Source: Neovahlkampfia damariscottae (lineage: Eukaryota). From it: a stretch of 36,590 bases of DNA. The position numbers and the translations under genes were made by a program. The DNA lies in NCBI GenBank assembly GCA_016618085.1, contig JABLTG010000178.1:1-36590 (forward strand). The letters run 5' to 3'. Every line of letters starts with the position of its first letter. Position 1 is the first letter of the stretch. The notes beneath the pieces were generated by a model. The model was not told the DNA's origin, searched no databases, and saw only the letters and a list, made by a program, of their open reading frames with translations. Positions 1 through 12,058 of the stretch are shown here, piece by piece.

Positions 1-180
1 AACTCCAAAGACTCTTCTAATGTCATCACATCCATAGAGCCTTTTGTTTCCGATTGTTCGGATACTACTAATTTTTCCTTCATTTGCCCATCGTTTGAGT
101 GTTGAATTACAAACTCCGTACTGTTCTATGATTTTTTTACTGGTGATATACTTTTCAATGCATTGATCATTATTGCTCAT
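1..180 (-). CDS. tnpA: IS607-family transposase TnpA (serine recombinase), N-terminal MerR-like HTH; runs off the left edge
   Basis: Not in the ORF track. Manual translation from ATG 180: MSNNDQCIEKYITSKKIIEQYGVCNSTLKRWANEGKISSIRTIGNKRLYGCDDIRRVFGV. The YGV..TLxRW..EGKI..IRT.G.xRxY pattern matches the HTH of IS607 TnpA. The catalytic domain is outside the window. Confidence 0.72.
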   Translation of the reverse strand, partial: MSNNDQCIEKYITSKKIIEQYGVCNSTLKRWANEGKISSIRTIGNKRLYGCDDIRRVFGV

Positions 181-345
181 CAGCCTGCTCTATTTTTTTT
201 TCTTGGCGTCTTTTCTGATTTTTCCATCCATTTATAATTTTTCGGAATTTAGAAAATCTATATATAGTTCACAAACGATTCCGAATGGTCACTTTGTAAC
301 GGAAAAATCAAATATTCCGATTCAGTTTGTTTTTCTTTTACCTAA
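1..345 (-). mobile_element. Left end of a putative IS607-like element (boundary approximate)
   Basis: TnpA-like ORF plus four short TTCCG/CGGAA motifs upstream (~242, ~280, ~300, ~316), resembling IS607 subterminal TnpA-binding repeats. The exact end cannot be determined. Confidence 0.5.
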
Positions 346-526
346 TTTCATTAATTTCAAGAAACACACCATAGAATTGTCAACAAAACCTTGTGTCAAA
401 GAGAATTTTTCATGTTTCTGTTCAGTTTGAATTTTCATCTGGAATACCTTTATTTTTTTTGTTACAAAATTAAAGTTATGTAAAAATCAGAATTCTATTT
501 TTATCATCCAATCAAAAAATAAGAAA

Positions 527-2030
527 ATGTACTCTTCAGGTTCAATAACTCCAGAGTCATCACCAGACACACCAACAACACCAATTTTCGAAGAAACAAT
601 TCCAATTGAATTAGAACCAAAAGACCTGGACACAAAAGAAAAAAAAAATTTTACCCTTAAAGTGAACAACGTATCAAAACTTACCGAACACTTTTCAAAC
701 TATTTCAATTCAAAAGACTATTCAGATGTCACTTTCAAAATTGAAGGAAAATTAATTTCAGCTCATAAATTTTTATTAGCTTCAAGAAGGTTTGATAAAA
801 AAAAAAAACTGATTCAATAGCAAAAAATTTGCTGAAATATTCTCAGATGGAAAGGATACGTATGAAGTTTCTGATGTATCATATGAAATCTTCTTTGATG
901 CACTTCAATTTGCTTATACAGGGAAAATTGACATAGACTATACGAACTCAGACAAATTAATCGTTTGTGCCGATAAATATGGAATAGTCGCACTCAAAGT
1001 TTGTTGTTTTGAATTCAAAGTCAAATCTATTGACAAAGATTCAGCAATTACAACAATTATGTCTGGAAAAAATAATGAGTTTGAATATGACGCGACGGAA
1101 TTAATCGATTTATGTTTCAAATTTATTGAAAAACATACTCATGAAGTAGTAAAGACAAAAACTTTCACACATTTTGATGAAGAAGCAGTTGTTACCATTT
1201 GTAAAAATGGAGAGCTTGTTATTGGTGAATCTGATTTATTTGATGGTGTTTTGAAATGGGGAAATTACATGGCAAAGTTTGAAAAGAAGACTTTGGAAGA
1301 AGTTCTCAAAAATATTCTTCCACTCATTCGTTTTCCAATGATGGAAAGACAATATCTTGAAAAAACTGTCAAACCATTGAATCTTGTATCAAAGGATGAA
1401 TTAAAAGAAGCACTTGAATTTCAAAACAATCCTGATAAATTCAAAAAAGACAAAAGTGAAAAATTCAAACCAAGAGGGTCTTTGTTCATTGGTGGAACTT
1501 TAATCCAACCAAATGAAGGATTAGTTCTTGATTCTTATTTAAAAAAAGGAAAAGGAAAAATTTGGAAATGTATTTACAAAGCTACAAAAGATGGTTTTTC
1601 TGACAGCACATTTCATCAACATTGTGATAACAAAGGAGGAACATTTACTGTTGTCAAATCAACTAATGGATATATTTTTGGTGGGTATTGTCCTCTTCCA
1701 TGGAGTACAAATGGAAGTTATCAATATGATAAAGATTCCTTCATGTTTTCATTGAAAAATTCAAAAAACAAAATTTTCAAATTTGATCAAACAACTATCA
1801 ATGGAAATTCAAGTATTTATTGTTGTTCTGGTTATGGACCAACATTTGGTGGGGGACATGATTTATATATCTATACTAATTCAAATTCAAATACGAGTTC
1901 ATATTCAAATTTTGGTTATAATTATGATTCAAATGTTATTGGTTCTTATGGATCAACTCAAGCTCAAAACTTTTTGGCTGGATCATACAACTTCCAAACA
2001 GTTGAAATTGAAGTCTATTCACAAAAATAA
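527..2030 (+). CDS. BTB/POZ-BACK-TLDc domain protein (2 exons, ~490 aa)
   Basis: BTB motif YSDVTFKIEGKLISAHKFLLASRS, BACK-like ESDLFDGVLKW..IRFPMM, TLDc WKCIYKATKDGF..FHQHCDNKG..GPTFGGGHD..EIEVY. Removing the 31-nt intron 790-820 joins the frames exactly. Confidence 0.93.
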
Positions 2031-2096
2031 ATGATTTATTTTGCTTCAACAATCAAAAAATAATACATTGGTCAACCAATCAGATACCTTATTCTT

Positions 2097-2666
2097 ATGA
2101 CTTCTGTTCATGATGAACTGATAAATCTGTTGAAATTAAAAAATATAGAACATAAAATAATCAATCACAAACCGACCACTACTTCAGAAGAATCAGCTAA
2201 AGTACGAGGAACAGCTCTAAATGAAGGTAGTCATTGTATTTTTTAACAAAACTTTAAAGGAGCAAAATGTCTTCTCCTCACCAACAAAGAAGTAAATAAT
2301 CAGTTTAACATTTAAAATCCATAGGAATACGTTATTGTTGTTCTACCAGCAGATTGTGAATTGGTCAGTAAAAAAGTGAAAAAACACTTGAAATGGAAAA
2401 ATTTGAGATTTGCAGATGAAGATGAATTTTCAAAGAAAACAAAACTTACAAAAGGGTAATCATCGAAAAAATGTTGTTTTCTAATTATACAAAGAGCTCT
2501 ACCTCCATTTGGTGATTTATTTGGCATTAAAATGTTGGTGGATGAGAAATTTTTAAAGAATGAATTGATGGCTTTTAATGCAGCTTCATTAGAGAATTCT
2601 GTGTTGATGAAAGTGGATGATTGGAAATCCATTGTGCATTTCGAAACCATAGATTTGTCCAAATAA
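2097..2666 (+). CDS. YbaK/ProX-family aminoacyl-tRNA deacylase (4 exons, 154 aa)
   Basis: Spliced translation has H.PTTTSEESAKVRG..GAKCLLL..VVLPAD..LRFA..GALPPFG..FNAAS. Introns 2227-2259, 2292-2324 and 2456-2494 restore one open frame. Confidence 0.88.
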
Positions 2667-2949
2667 AGATCTAATACTATCTATGGTGTGTTGAGGGAAG
2701 TTGTGAATAAAATTTATTTACAAGAGAACGGAAATTCAACACCTGACGATTTCTCTTCCTTTTAGAACCTTTTTAAAACTTCAACTGTGTTCTTTTTTTG
2801 AAAGAGTAACTTTATGAACAGCTAACAAAGTTTTGAGTTTTTCTATAAGTTTATGAACAAAAATTAATTCTTTTGGAATGCCCTAAAAAAAATGATTGAT
2901 TCAAATTTAGTTTGTAATTGGTGGTCAAATCATTTCAAACAAAACTGAA

Positions 2950-4091
2950 CCAAGAAAAACCTGTTGAAAAAATTGAATCACCAAAGCTTGATGAAATATT
3001 AGAAATCTCAACTTTAACATCAAAGGATATTTTTAGAGAAAGCTATTCAATTACCATTTGTAAATAGAAAAAAAGAAATAATTTCCATTATTTGTACATT
3101 TGTTCAAAACTATTATCATAGAAACCATCCATCGTCTTGGAGATCAATTTATGGTTATTTCAGATCAAATGCATGGAGTTGGAAAACAACACTCGCTAAA
3201 AATTTATTAAAATATAAAAAAGAAATTATTGAAAATTTAAAAAATTTAATGGAAGAACGTTATTAGAAAAACTTTTTTGAAAAAACTATTGAAAGAATAT
3301 TCAATATGAAACAAAGTTCAAAACTTTTCAATCATTTTGTACAAGAAAAAGATAAGATTCCAAGAAAAATTGTTTCAGAACAGTTAGCTTAATTGAAGTC
3401 ATCCAGTGAAATGAAACAACATGATTATTTTCTTCATATTGATGAAGTTACAACAAATTTTGAATTGAAAAGAAAACTTTGGCAATCATTGATTACATTA
3501 AAATTAGAATTATCAAAACATGATATTATTTGATTTTTATTTAACTGGAAAAAGAACTCTTTATAATGAGTTAATTTTAATAATAATTGAATAATATTTA
3601 GATTGGTCGTGGTTCTAATATATCACCTTCATCTGTTGAATGGATTTTAATTCATCCTTCAGAAAAAGAACATGTACAACAATTGGTAAATGATAAAGAA
3701 ACATTTCCAAAAAATATTTCATTTGAAAATAATGAATTAAAAAATTACTTTATTAATTTAGTTCATTTATCATCAGGTGGAATTTTTATGGATTTCTTTT
3801 AAAAAAATTGGAAAAAAAATATTGAAAACAGAAGAAGAAATGGATATGATTTTTCTTCATTCATTTAAATTAATTGAATTATATGCAAGAGATTCAGATA
3901 AATTCGTTTTAGATGAAAAATTAAAAATACCTGCTTTACATTGGTATGCATTATCCATTTTTTATAATTCATTCAAATCAAATGAAATAATTAAAATTAA
4001 TGAAGAAAATTTTGAATTTCAAGATATAATATCAAGACAGACTTCCTTTTTATATTACCAAAAAAATAAAAATATTATTGATATCTTGTAA
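2950..4091 (+). pseudogene. Degraded P-loop NTPase (Crinkler/STAND-like)
   Basis: Fragments in shifting frames: LPFVNRKKEI, Walker A DQMHGVGKTTL (~3165-3195), Walker B YFLHIDEV (~3425-3450), HLSSGGI. Several stops and frameshifts. Confidence 0.65.
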
Positions 4092-4222
4092 ATAAATTTT
4101 ATTTGTTCACAACTTCGTGCCACACATCTGATGATTTCTTTTCATTTTTCTTCTTTCTTTTTTCAACCAGAAAAGCGGTTGACAATAAAATCGTAAAGAA
4201 AATTATCCAATCATTTTTGTTG

Positions 4223-6685
4223 ATGGTTCAGAAAAGGAAAACTACGGCAAAAAGCACGTCAAGAAAAAAAAAGAAAACTGAAACAAAGGTTATTGAGATA
4301 TCTGAAGAGAATAAATCAGAAGAAGGTACTCCAAAAATATCTAAAAACTCAAATTCTTTCGGTAGATTTGCTACTTCAAGAAGTTTTTGATAGTGTTTCA
4401 AAATCATTAAAAATTTTAGAAGAATTTATCGAAAGTGACTTAAAGACGACTGTACCCTGGTCAAATAATCAACAATTAGAACTTTTTACGTAATTTTCAA
4501 TTCAAATTTTAAATTTTCGCAGACAAGTTTATAATATTTGTACTTCTTCACCTGATTGTAGTTATTTTGAAATAGAATTATATAAAAATTTTTCAAATTA
4601 TATCAATGAATATTTATCTGATAGAATTCTTCCAAAAATTCAAAACCAAAAAAACGAAGAACAAATGTTGGAAGAATCAGTCAAAAATTGGAAGAATTTT
4701 AAAGAAATATTCTTAAAATTTTCAATTAAAATATATCAATATTTAGATCGTTATTATGTTCATATTGAAAATAAACGATTTTTAAAAGAAGAAGGTTATC
4801 ATTTATATTTTGAAATTATTTTTCAAAAATTAAAAAATCAAATGAGAAATATTATATTAAATAAAATAGAACAAGATAGAAATGGTATTCAAATAAATAG
4901 GAGTTTATTAAATCATTCAATTAATGTAAGTGTTTATTTTTAAGATTTATTTTTAGATTTTTATTGATATGAAATCATGTGGTGAAGAAAATGAAGATGT
5001 TTATTTTGAAGAATTTGAAAAACATATAATCACAGAAACAAAGAATTATTATAAACAAGAAGCTTCAAAATGGATTTCTGAATTAGATTTAACTGATTAT
5101 TTAAAACAAGCAGAGAAGAAATTGAAACAAGAATATACAAGATTGAATCAAATATTTCAAGGACAAACAAGATCAAAGTTAATGAAGATTTGTGATATTG
5201 AATTATTATTAGAAAAACAAAATCATTTATTTGAATCAAATTCTGATTCAATTGTTGAAAAATTGATTATCAATGAAAATTTTGAAGATTTATATAGATT
5301 GTATAATTTAATGTCCAGAGTTGAAAATGGTATTACTCCTGTAACTGAAATTTTTAAAAATTATATTCAAAAAACTGGAATGGAAATATTTCAAAAACAA
5401 AAAGAAGAATTAGAAAAAATTATGAAATTTAATGTTTATGTAAAGACATTAATTGATAATTATGTTCCAAAATTACTCAAATTACATGAAAAAATGGAAA
5501 AATTATCACTTGTTTCATTTGATAATTCACTTGAATTTCATAAAGCTTTGACAGATGGATTTAAATTTTTTGTAAATCAAGATTTTCAAAAAGATAATTT
5601 TAAAGTTAAAACAAGTCAAATATTCGCTTTTTATTGTGATGAAATTATCAGAAAAAAAGATAATGAATTAGATGATAAATTTGAAAAGATTGTTAAATTT
5701 ATTCAATTTTTTCTTGATAAAGATTTATTCATTGAAGAGTATAGAATTCAATTATCAAAAAGATTATTATCTTTCAATGAAGAAAAAGAGTCAGATGAAA
5801 GAAATATGATTTCAAAATTGAAAAGAAATTATAGATCAGTTTCGGATTTATACAAACTTGAAAAAATGTTATCAGACAAATCATCAGGCCTTATTTTGAG
5901 AAATGAGTTTTTGAAATTTGAAGAAACAAAAAATATACCATTCGATTTTAATGTAAATGTATTGACAAGTGGAACTTGGCCAATTTCATCTCAATCAAAA
6001 GAAACTTTCATTCCTCCTCAAATTTTGTTAAATGCTCAAGAAGTGTTTAAAAAATTTTATGATACAAAATATGAAAGAAGAATTTTAAATTGGTCTTATG
6101 TTCAAGGAAATAATGTACAAATACTTGGTCATTTTTCACAACAAAAATTATTTGATACAACTACATTTCAAGCATCTATTTTATTAGTCTATAATTCAGG
6201 TGATGAATTTGATTTTAATCAATTGAAAGAAAAATCTGGTTTGACATTAGACACTTTAAAAAAGACTTTAAATTCCTTAATTTTGAGTAAATTATTAATC
6301 AAATCAGGAAATAGTGATAATTATGAAAATTGTAATTTTCAAATAAATTCAAATTTTGAACATAAATCATATAAAATTAAAATACAACCACCAAGAATTT
6401 CACAACAAGAATCAACCAAAAATCAATTAAAAATCACCCAAGACCGGTAAGGAAAAATTAAGTTAATTTTGTAGTTCATTCATACTTGATGCAGTTATTG
6501 TAAGAATAATGAAATCAAAGAAAACTCTGAATACTCAAGAAATTATTTCAACAGTCATTGATCAAATTTCTGGTCAATTTCACCCAGATCCAAAAATGAT
6601 CAAAAAAAGAATTGAAAGTTTGATTGAAAGAGATTATCTTCAAAGAGAGACAGATAATCCATCAGTTATATTATATTGTGCATAA
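4223..6685 (+). CDS. Cullin (cullin-1-like), 5 exons
   Basis: YLDRYYV, DKDLFIEEYRIQLSKRLL, VLTSGTWP, RILNW, and a last exon with the neddylation motif DAVIVRIMK and IKKRIESLIERDYLQR. Short GT-AG introns near 4327, 4490, 4926 and 6447. Confidence 0.95.
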
Positions 6686-6694
6686 AATAAAAAT

Positions 6695-9338
6695 TTAATC
6701 CAATTGAAAACCTTCCTTTAATCCTAATTCCAATGCTTTCTCAAATTTTGAAAGGAATAATTGTTGTTCATCATAATCCGGTAAATCTAAACGATTTAAA
6801 CAAGTATGAGCAACAGGTAGATAATCTTTACCAACTCTCAATCTACAAAGTGTGAAATGAGGATAAATTCCTTCAAATCCTTCGTGAGGTACACAAGCAG
6901 TTCCAGTGCAAAATTGAAGGAGTTTACTTCTTTCAATACAGTCCATATTTTCAACCATTTTCCAAAATCCCTCAACAATATACATTGAATCTTTATCAAA
7001 TCCTTCAAGTTTTGTATTTTTCTTCCAATCCTCAACATTTAATTCAGGACTTCCACATAACAACAATTCAAATTCTTTTTCATTAAAAATTGTAAAATAT
7101 TCTTTTGGGATGATTTCATAGAGTCCATCAAGTAATTTTTCCAATTGTGGTCTCACAGAGTCAATCAATTTGTATTTTGAATATAATTCAACAAACTTAT
7201 GTTTATTTTTCTCATCAACAATTATATTATCTCCATTTTCAATTAATTCATAGGTATTATTTGTCCCAAAATCATTATCTTCAGCAATAAAAGAAATATC
7301 TAAAACAGATGCATCATCTAATTGCATAATTTGATTCATTGACAAATACAAAGTTGGTTCAATTTGTTCCAAATCTAAAAATGTAAATCATTTCACATTT
7401 TTACCTTCAAATGTAATTGGTTTTCCAACAATTAATTTAAAAATCACTCGACTAAAATGTAAATCACACATATGAAAGTCATATATTGCTTTACCAATGA
7501 GTTTACCAACAAACATAAAATATTGTAAATGTGCTTCATTTATTTGTGATGTTGGATTTGGATGATAAGTATTATTAAATCCAGTTTGAACAAATAAAGC
7601 ATTAATTGGATCTAATATTTGTTCTGATAAAAGTTGATAAAATTCACGTGTAACTCCACCCATATCTAATCCTTGTTCACCAGCAAAAAAGATATACATT
7701 GGTTTTTGTAAATCTTTCTTTTTCAAAACTGAAAAATGTTTACAAGTATCACTCACTAAATGATCTCTTCTGACTAATATTACAGTTGGTTGTAAACTAA
7801 CTGAATTAGCTCTAATTTTCTCATAAAATAATTCAGTTCTGGATTCAAAATCTAATCCCCTTTCTTGTTTAGTATAAACATCAATAATTTCTTCTTGTTT
7901 TGATTGAATTGAAATTTTAAAATCAATTTTATCAAATGAAGAAGAAATAGAAAATCTTGATAATTTTCTCTTTTCATCTTTTTTCAAATAATCCGAAATT
8001 GCATCAATTTGACCGTCAAAAGATGTACATTTTGAAAGTGTTTTATCATTGTGAAGTTTTTCAATAGCATCAGAAATTCTTTGACTTGAATAGAATAAAA
8101 CATCTACATAATAACGATATAACTCTTGATACAAAACATATGAAGGTAAAATTTCATCTAAATTGATTTTTTCTTCTTTAATTAAAGACATTCTTTTTTC
8201 ATCAAATTTCACATCTTTCACATTGACGGTTGATCCGAATGTATAATATAATTTTTGATTCAAGTATAAAATTGAATTAGTATGAATCATATTTTCATCT
8301 TTAATTGAATGAATTACATTTCTACTCTTCAAATTGATAAATTCAAATTTTAAAGTCATTCTATTCCAACCAATCAAAATATCATTATCAATGGTAAAAT
8401 TTGAAATACCAACAAATGGTGTTTCACATTTTTGTTGCTTAGAAAAATAATTAAATGAAATTTCTTGTTACTTCAATATTCCAAACAATTATTTCAGAGT
8501 ATAAAGTACAATAGAGTAAATTTTGATGAATAAAAATGTTAAATACAGCTTGATTACTATGAAAGATGTTTATGCCTTCACCTGAATCAATATCCCATGA
8601 TCTGACTAAACCATCAATGGATGCTGTAAATAATAACCCCAATTCTTCATTAAAACACATTCCAACGATTCTTTTTTGATGACCTTTTAATGTTTTGATT
8701 TTTTTTGATGAATGACGATCAAAAATATGTATTACTTGTTCATAACCTGCTGAAAATAAAAAATTGTTGATAACTAATAAATTGGTTATCCAGTTTGTAT
8801 TTCCTTCATAAATTTTAATTTTTTGTGATGTTCTTGTATCCCATTCAATTATAGTTCGATCGTGACCGGCGCTAAATAATGAATACTCGTGGATAAAAAC
8901 ATTAGTGACCTGTTTTGTATGACCGACTAAAATAGATTTACAACTACCGTCCTGAATAGAAATTTAAAATCATATTTGAATTCTTACTAAACTCCAACCA
9001 CAGATTGTTTTATCAATTGATGTGGTCCAAATTAAATTGGTTTTTTCGTCATAAATAATTTTCGTAATTTTATTTTTATGTTTGAAGTTTTGATAAGTTT
9101 CACAAACTTTTGATAGTTTAAAATGAATATTTTAATTACGTTTTTTTGTCAGTGTACCTTCAAAATCAAATGGACTCATTTTTGATAATTGACTAGTTGA
9201 GAAAGGTGATTGATTTTGTGAGTTTGAGTTGCTGGACAATGACCTTTTTGTTCTTGTCTTTGAATTGTTGAAGAATTTATTTACATCTAAGGTGAATTCA
9301 GAAATTATTTTTTTTCTTACCATCATGCTCTGTTTCAT
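6695..9338 (-). CDS. WD40-repeat HECT E3 ubiquitin ligase (multi-exon; start codon approximate)
   Basis: WD40 repeats (LVGHTKQVT..SAGHDRTIIEWD; LKGHQKRIV..TASIDGLVRSWD). HECT motifs FAGEQGLDMGGVTREFY, LLQFCTGT and catalytic LPVAHTCLNRLDLP. Four short introns. Confidence 0.93.
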
Positions 9339-9498
9339 TCAATGAAGGTGAGTTGCCCATGATTGGCGGATAATTATTCAATGTTCCAAAGTTCTTTTGT
9401 TGATTAGATGATTTGAAAATTCAATGTTTCATTTCAAAATAGCACTTTTTTTTTTGACTTCACTGACATACGTCAGAAAGTACCAATTAAATATTTAT

Positions 9499-10669
9499 TT
9501 AATCAAGAAGTTCTAAAATTTCTAAAACAACTTTTTCACCAAAAAATTCTTCTTTTGTTTCAAAATAATACTTTTTTCCAACTAATCGTTTTCCTGCAAT
9601 TTTGATGTATTTTTTGATCATTCTTTTTGTTCTTTTGTATTTTCTCATTTTCAAGAAATTTGAATAATCAATAACCTTTTCTGATTTGATTTTTTCCTTT
9701 TTTTCAACTTTTTTTGTTACTTTCGTTTTTCTTTTTTCTTTCATTTTTTCAAAAGGACATGTTGAACAAATCTTATCTCTTTGTTGAGAAAGGTTTTCAA
9801 CAACTTTTTGCACATTAAATTTTTTTGAAATGCCTGAAAGTACTTGAAAATTGTCTTTACCAACTTTTTCAATGTATTTATTGAGTAAAATGAACTCTTT
9901 GATACTGCAATAGGATTCTCTTTTTCTTAATTTTTGTTCAAATGTTAAAATGTAACGAACAACAATTTTGAACATTGTGATGTGATACCTGAGTTTTTTG
10001 TATCCTTCATAGTCTTTATTCTTTCTAAGAGTTTTGTAATACTTTCTTGGTTTGACGAATCGTTTCATGTAGTTCTTGATTTTTCTTTTCACTCTTTTTA
10101 AATTTCTATCCTTTCTACAAAGTTTTTCAAATCCTCTGAATTTCTCAATAACTTGATACAGAGTTTCGAATATATAAACATCACTTGAACTCATGCCTCT
10201 TGCTTTTGCGTATTTCATGCATTTTTGGTTGACATTTGTTTTTGAAGACAAAGTTTTCAAGAATTCACGTTCAGTAGATTTGACTGCATTGAGAACAACA
10301 TTTCTCCAGTAAACATAAACAGCATCTGTGAAATGAGCATTTTCACTAAAATTGTGAGTGGTTTTTTTTTACTTACCCAGACGCAAAATAATTGTTTTTT
10401 ATGCAAACAAAACTATATAGCTTTGCATAGTTTTTATTTTTCGCAGTTTTTTTGGTCACATCAAAAAAAAATCTTTTATATTTTCCTCTCTTTGAGCATT
10501 TATTGCAAAATGTTTGAATAACTTTCTTGTCAGCACATTTAACTGTGCGAAGACCTTTCTTCATGTTTATATCTAGAACGTTCATTTCTGTTTTACATCT
10601 TATTGCAGGAAGGGTGAACACCTGGATAAGTAACAACAAAAAGGAAATGAAGAACAACTTTCTATTCAT
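9499..10669 (-). CDS. Putative secreted Lys/Arg-rich, Cys-containing protein, paralog A (379 aa)
   Basis: N-terminal hydrophobic signal (MNRKLFFISFLLLLIQVFT). Intron 10346-10376 joins the two ORFs in frame. Collinear with paralog B. Confidence 0.8.
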
Positions 10670-10773
10670 CTAGAAAAAATAAACCAATTAAATTCCGTAT
10701 ATTCCACCAATCATTTTTATTCGTCTTAATTTGGAAACAAGTCTATACGATAGAGATTAGCAAACCAAAAATT

Positions 10774-11899
10774 TTATTCAAGGATTTCTAAAATTTCTAA
10801 AACCACATCTTCTCCCAAGAATTTTTTTTTTGATTGTAAAAGGTACCTTCTGGTAATCAATTTTTCCTCTGCAATTCTAATGAATCTCTTGATCATTCTT
10901 TTTGTTCTTCTATAGTTTACTAGATCCAAGAACTGAGTGAAATCGGCAATCTTTTGTTGATCATCAACATCAATCTTTTCCATTTTTTTTTTCTTTGATT
11001 TTTTAAAAGGACAAGCAGCACATTGTGAAGCTCTTTGTTCTGAAAGTTGTTCAATAGTTTTCTTAAAATCAAAATTTTTTGAGATCCCTGAAGATGCAAG
11101 AAATCCCTTTTTTCCTACTTTTTTTACAAATTTATTGACTAAAAGAAATTGTCCAACACTACAAAATGATCTTCTTTTTCTTAATTTATCTTCAAATGTC
11201 AAAATATAACGCATTACAATTCTGAACATCGTGATGAAATATCTAAGTTTTTTATATCCTTCATAATCCTTTCTTTCCCTGAACTTTTTATAGTACTTTT
11301 CAGTTTTGATGAAATTCTTCATGTATCTCTTAATTTTTCTTTGGACTTTGTCTAAATCTGCTTTGTCACCACAAATTTTTTGAAATCCTCTGAACTTTTC
11401 CATAATGTTGTATAATGATTTAAAAACAAGAGTATCACTTGGGGTTAAGCCTTTTTCAATTGCAAATTGTAAACATTTTTGATTTACTCCTTCTTTTGAT
11501 TGAAGTGTCTTCAAAAAAGCTTTTTCGTATGTTTTTGCTGTACGTAAAACTAAGTTTCTCCAAAATACATAAACAGGATCTACAAAGTGTGCAGAAGCAC
11601 TACAGGATATATTTAATTTTAGCTTCTACTTACGAAGTTGAAAAGAAATTCTTTTTTATGCACACAAACTGATATAACTTTGAATAATCTTGGTTTTCTT
11701 CAACTTTTTTTGTGACATCAAGAAAAAATCTTTTGAATTTTCCGGCTCTTGTGCATTTGTGGCAGAAAATTTGCACCACTTTCTTGTCAGTGCAACCTTC
11801 AATGTCTCCTAATACATTCTGGTGTTTGCACCTGATAGATGGAAGTGCAGAGATTTGGAAGACAAAGAGCAAAACAACAATTGTAAAACACAACTTCAT
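10774..11899 (-). CDS. Putative secreted Lys/Arg-rich, Cys-containing protein, paralog B (363 aa)
   Basis: Signal peptide MKLCFTIVVLLFVFQISA. Intron 11600-11633 lies at the same position as in paralog A. Shared blocks such as KDYEGYKKLRY, RYILTFE and VVLEILE. Confidence 0.8.
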
Positions 11900-12058
11900 G
11901 TCAAGAGATTGACCAATAAAATTGTTTCTGTATCAATGAGCCAATGATTAAGTCGTTTTTTTTTTGATTTCCAACAAGAAAACATCAAGACAGTGATAAA
12001 ATATATCAAAAAAAAATTGGACCAATCGTTCGTAATTTGATACAGTTCACCAAGTTTG
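11900..12058. promoter_or_regulatory. Compact bidirectional promoter with multiple CCAAT boxes
   Basis: 159 bp between divergent ATGs, with CCAAT at ~11913, ~11941 and a near-palindromic ATTGGACCAAT at 12016-12026. Confidence 0.55.
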
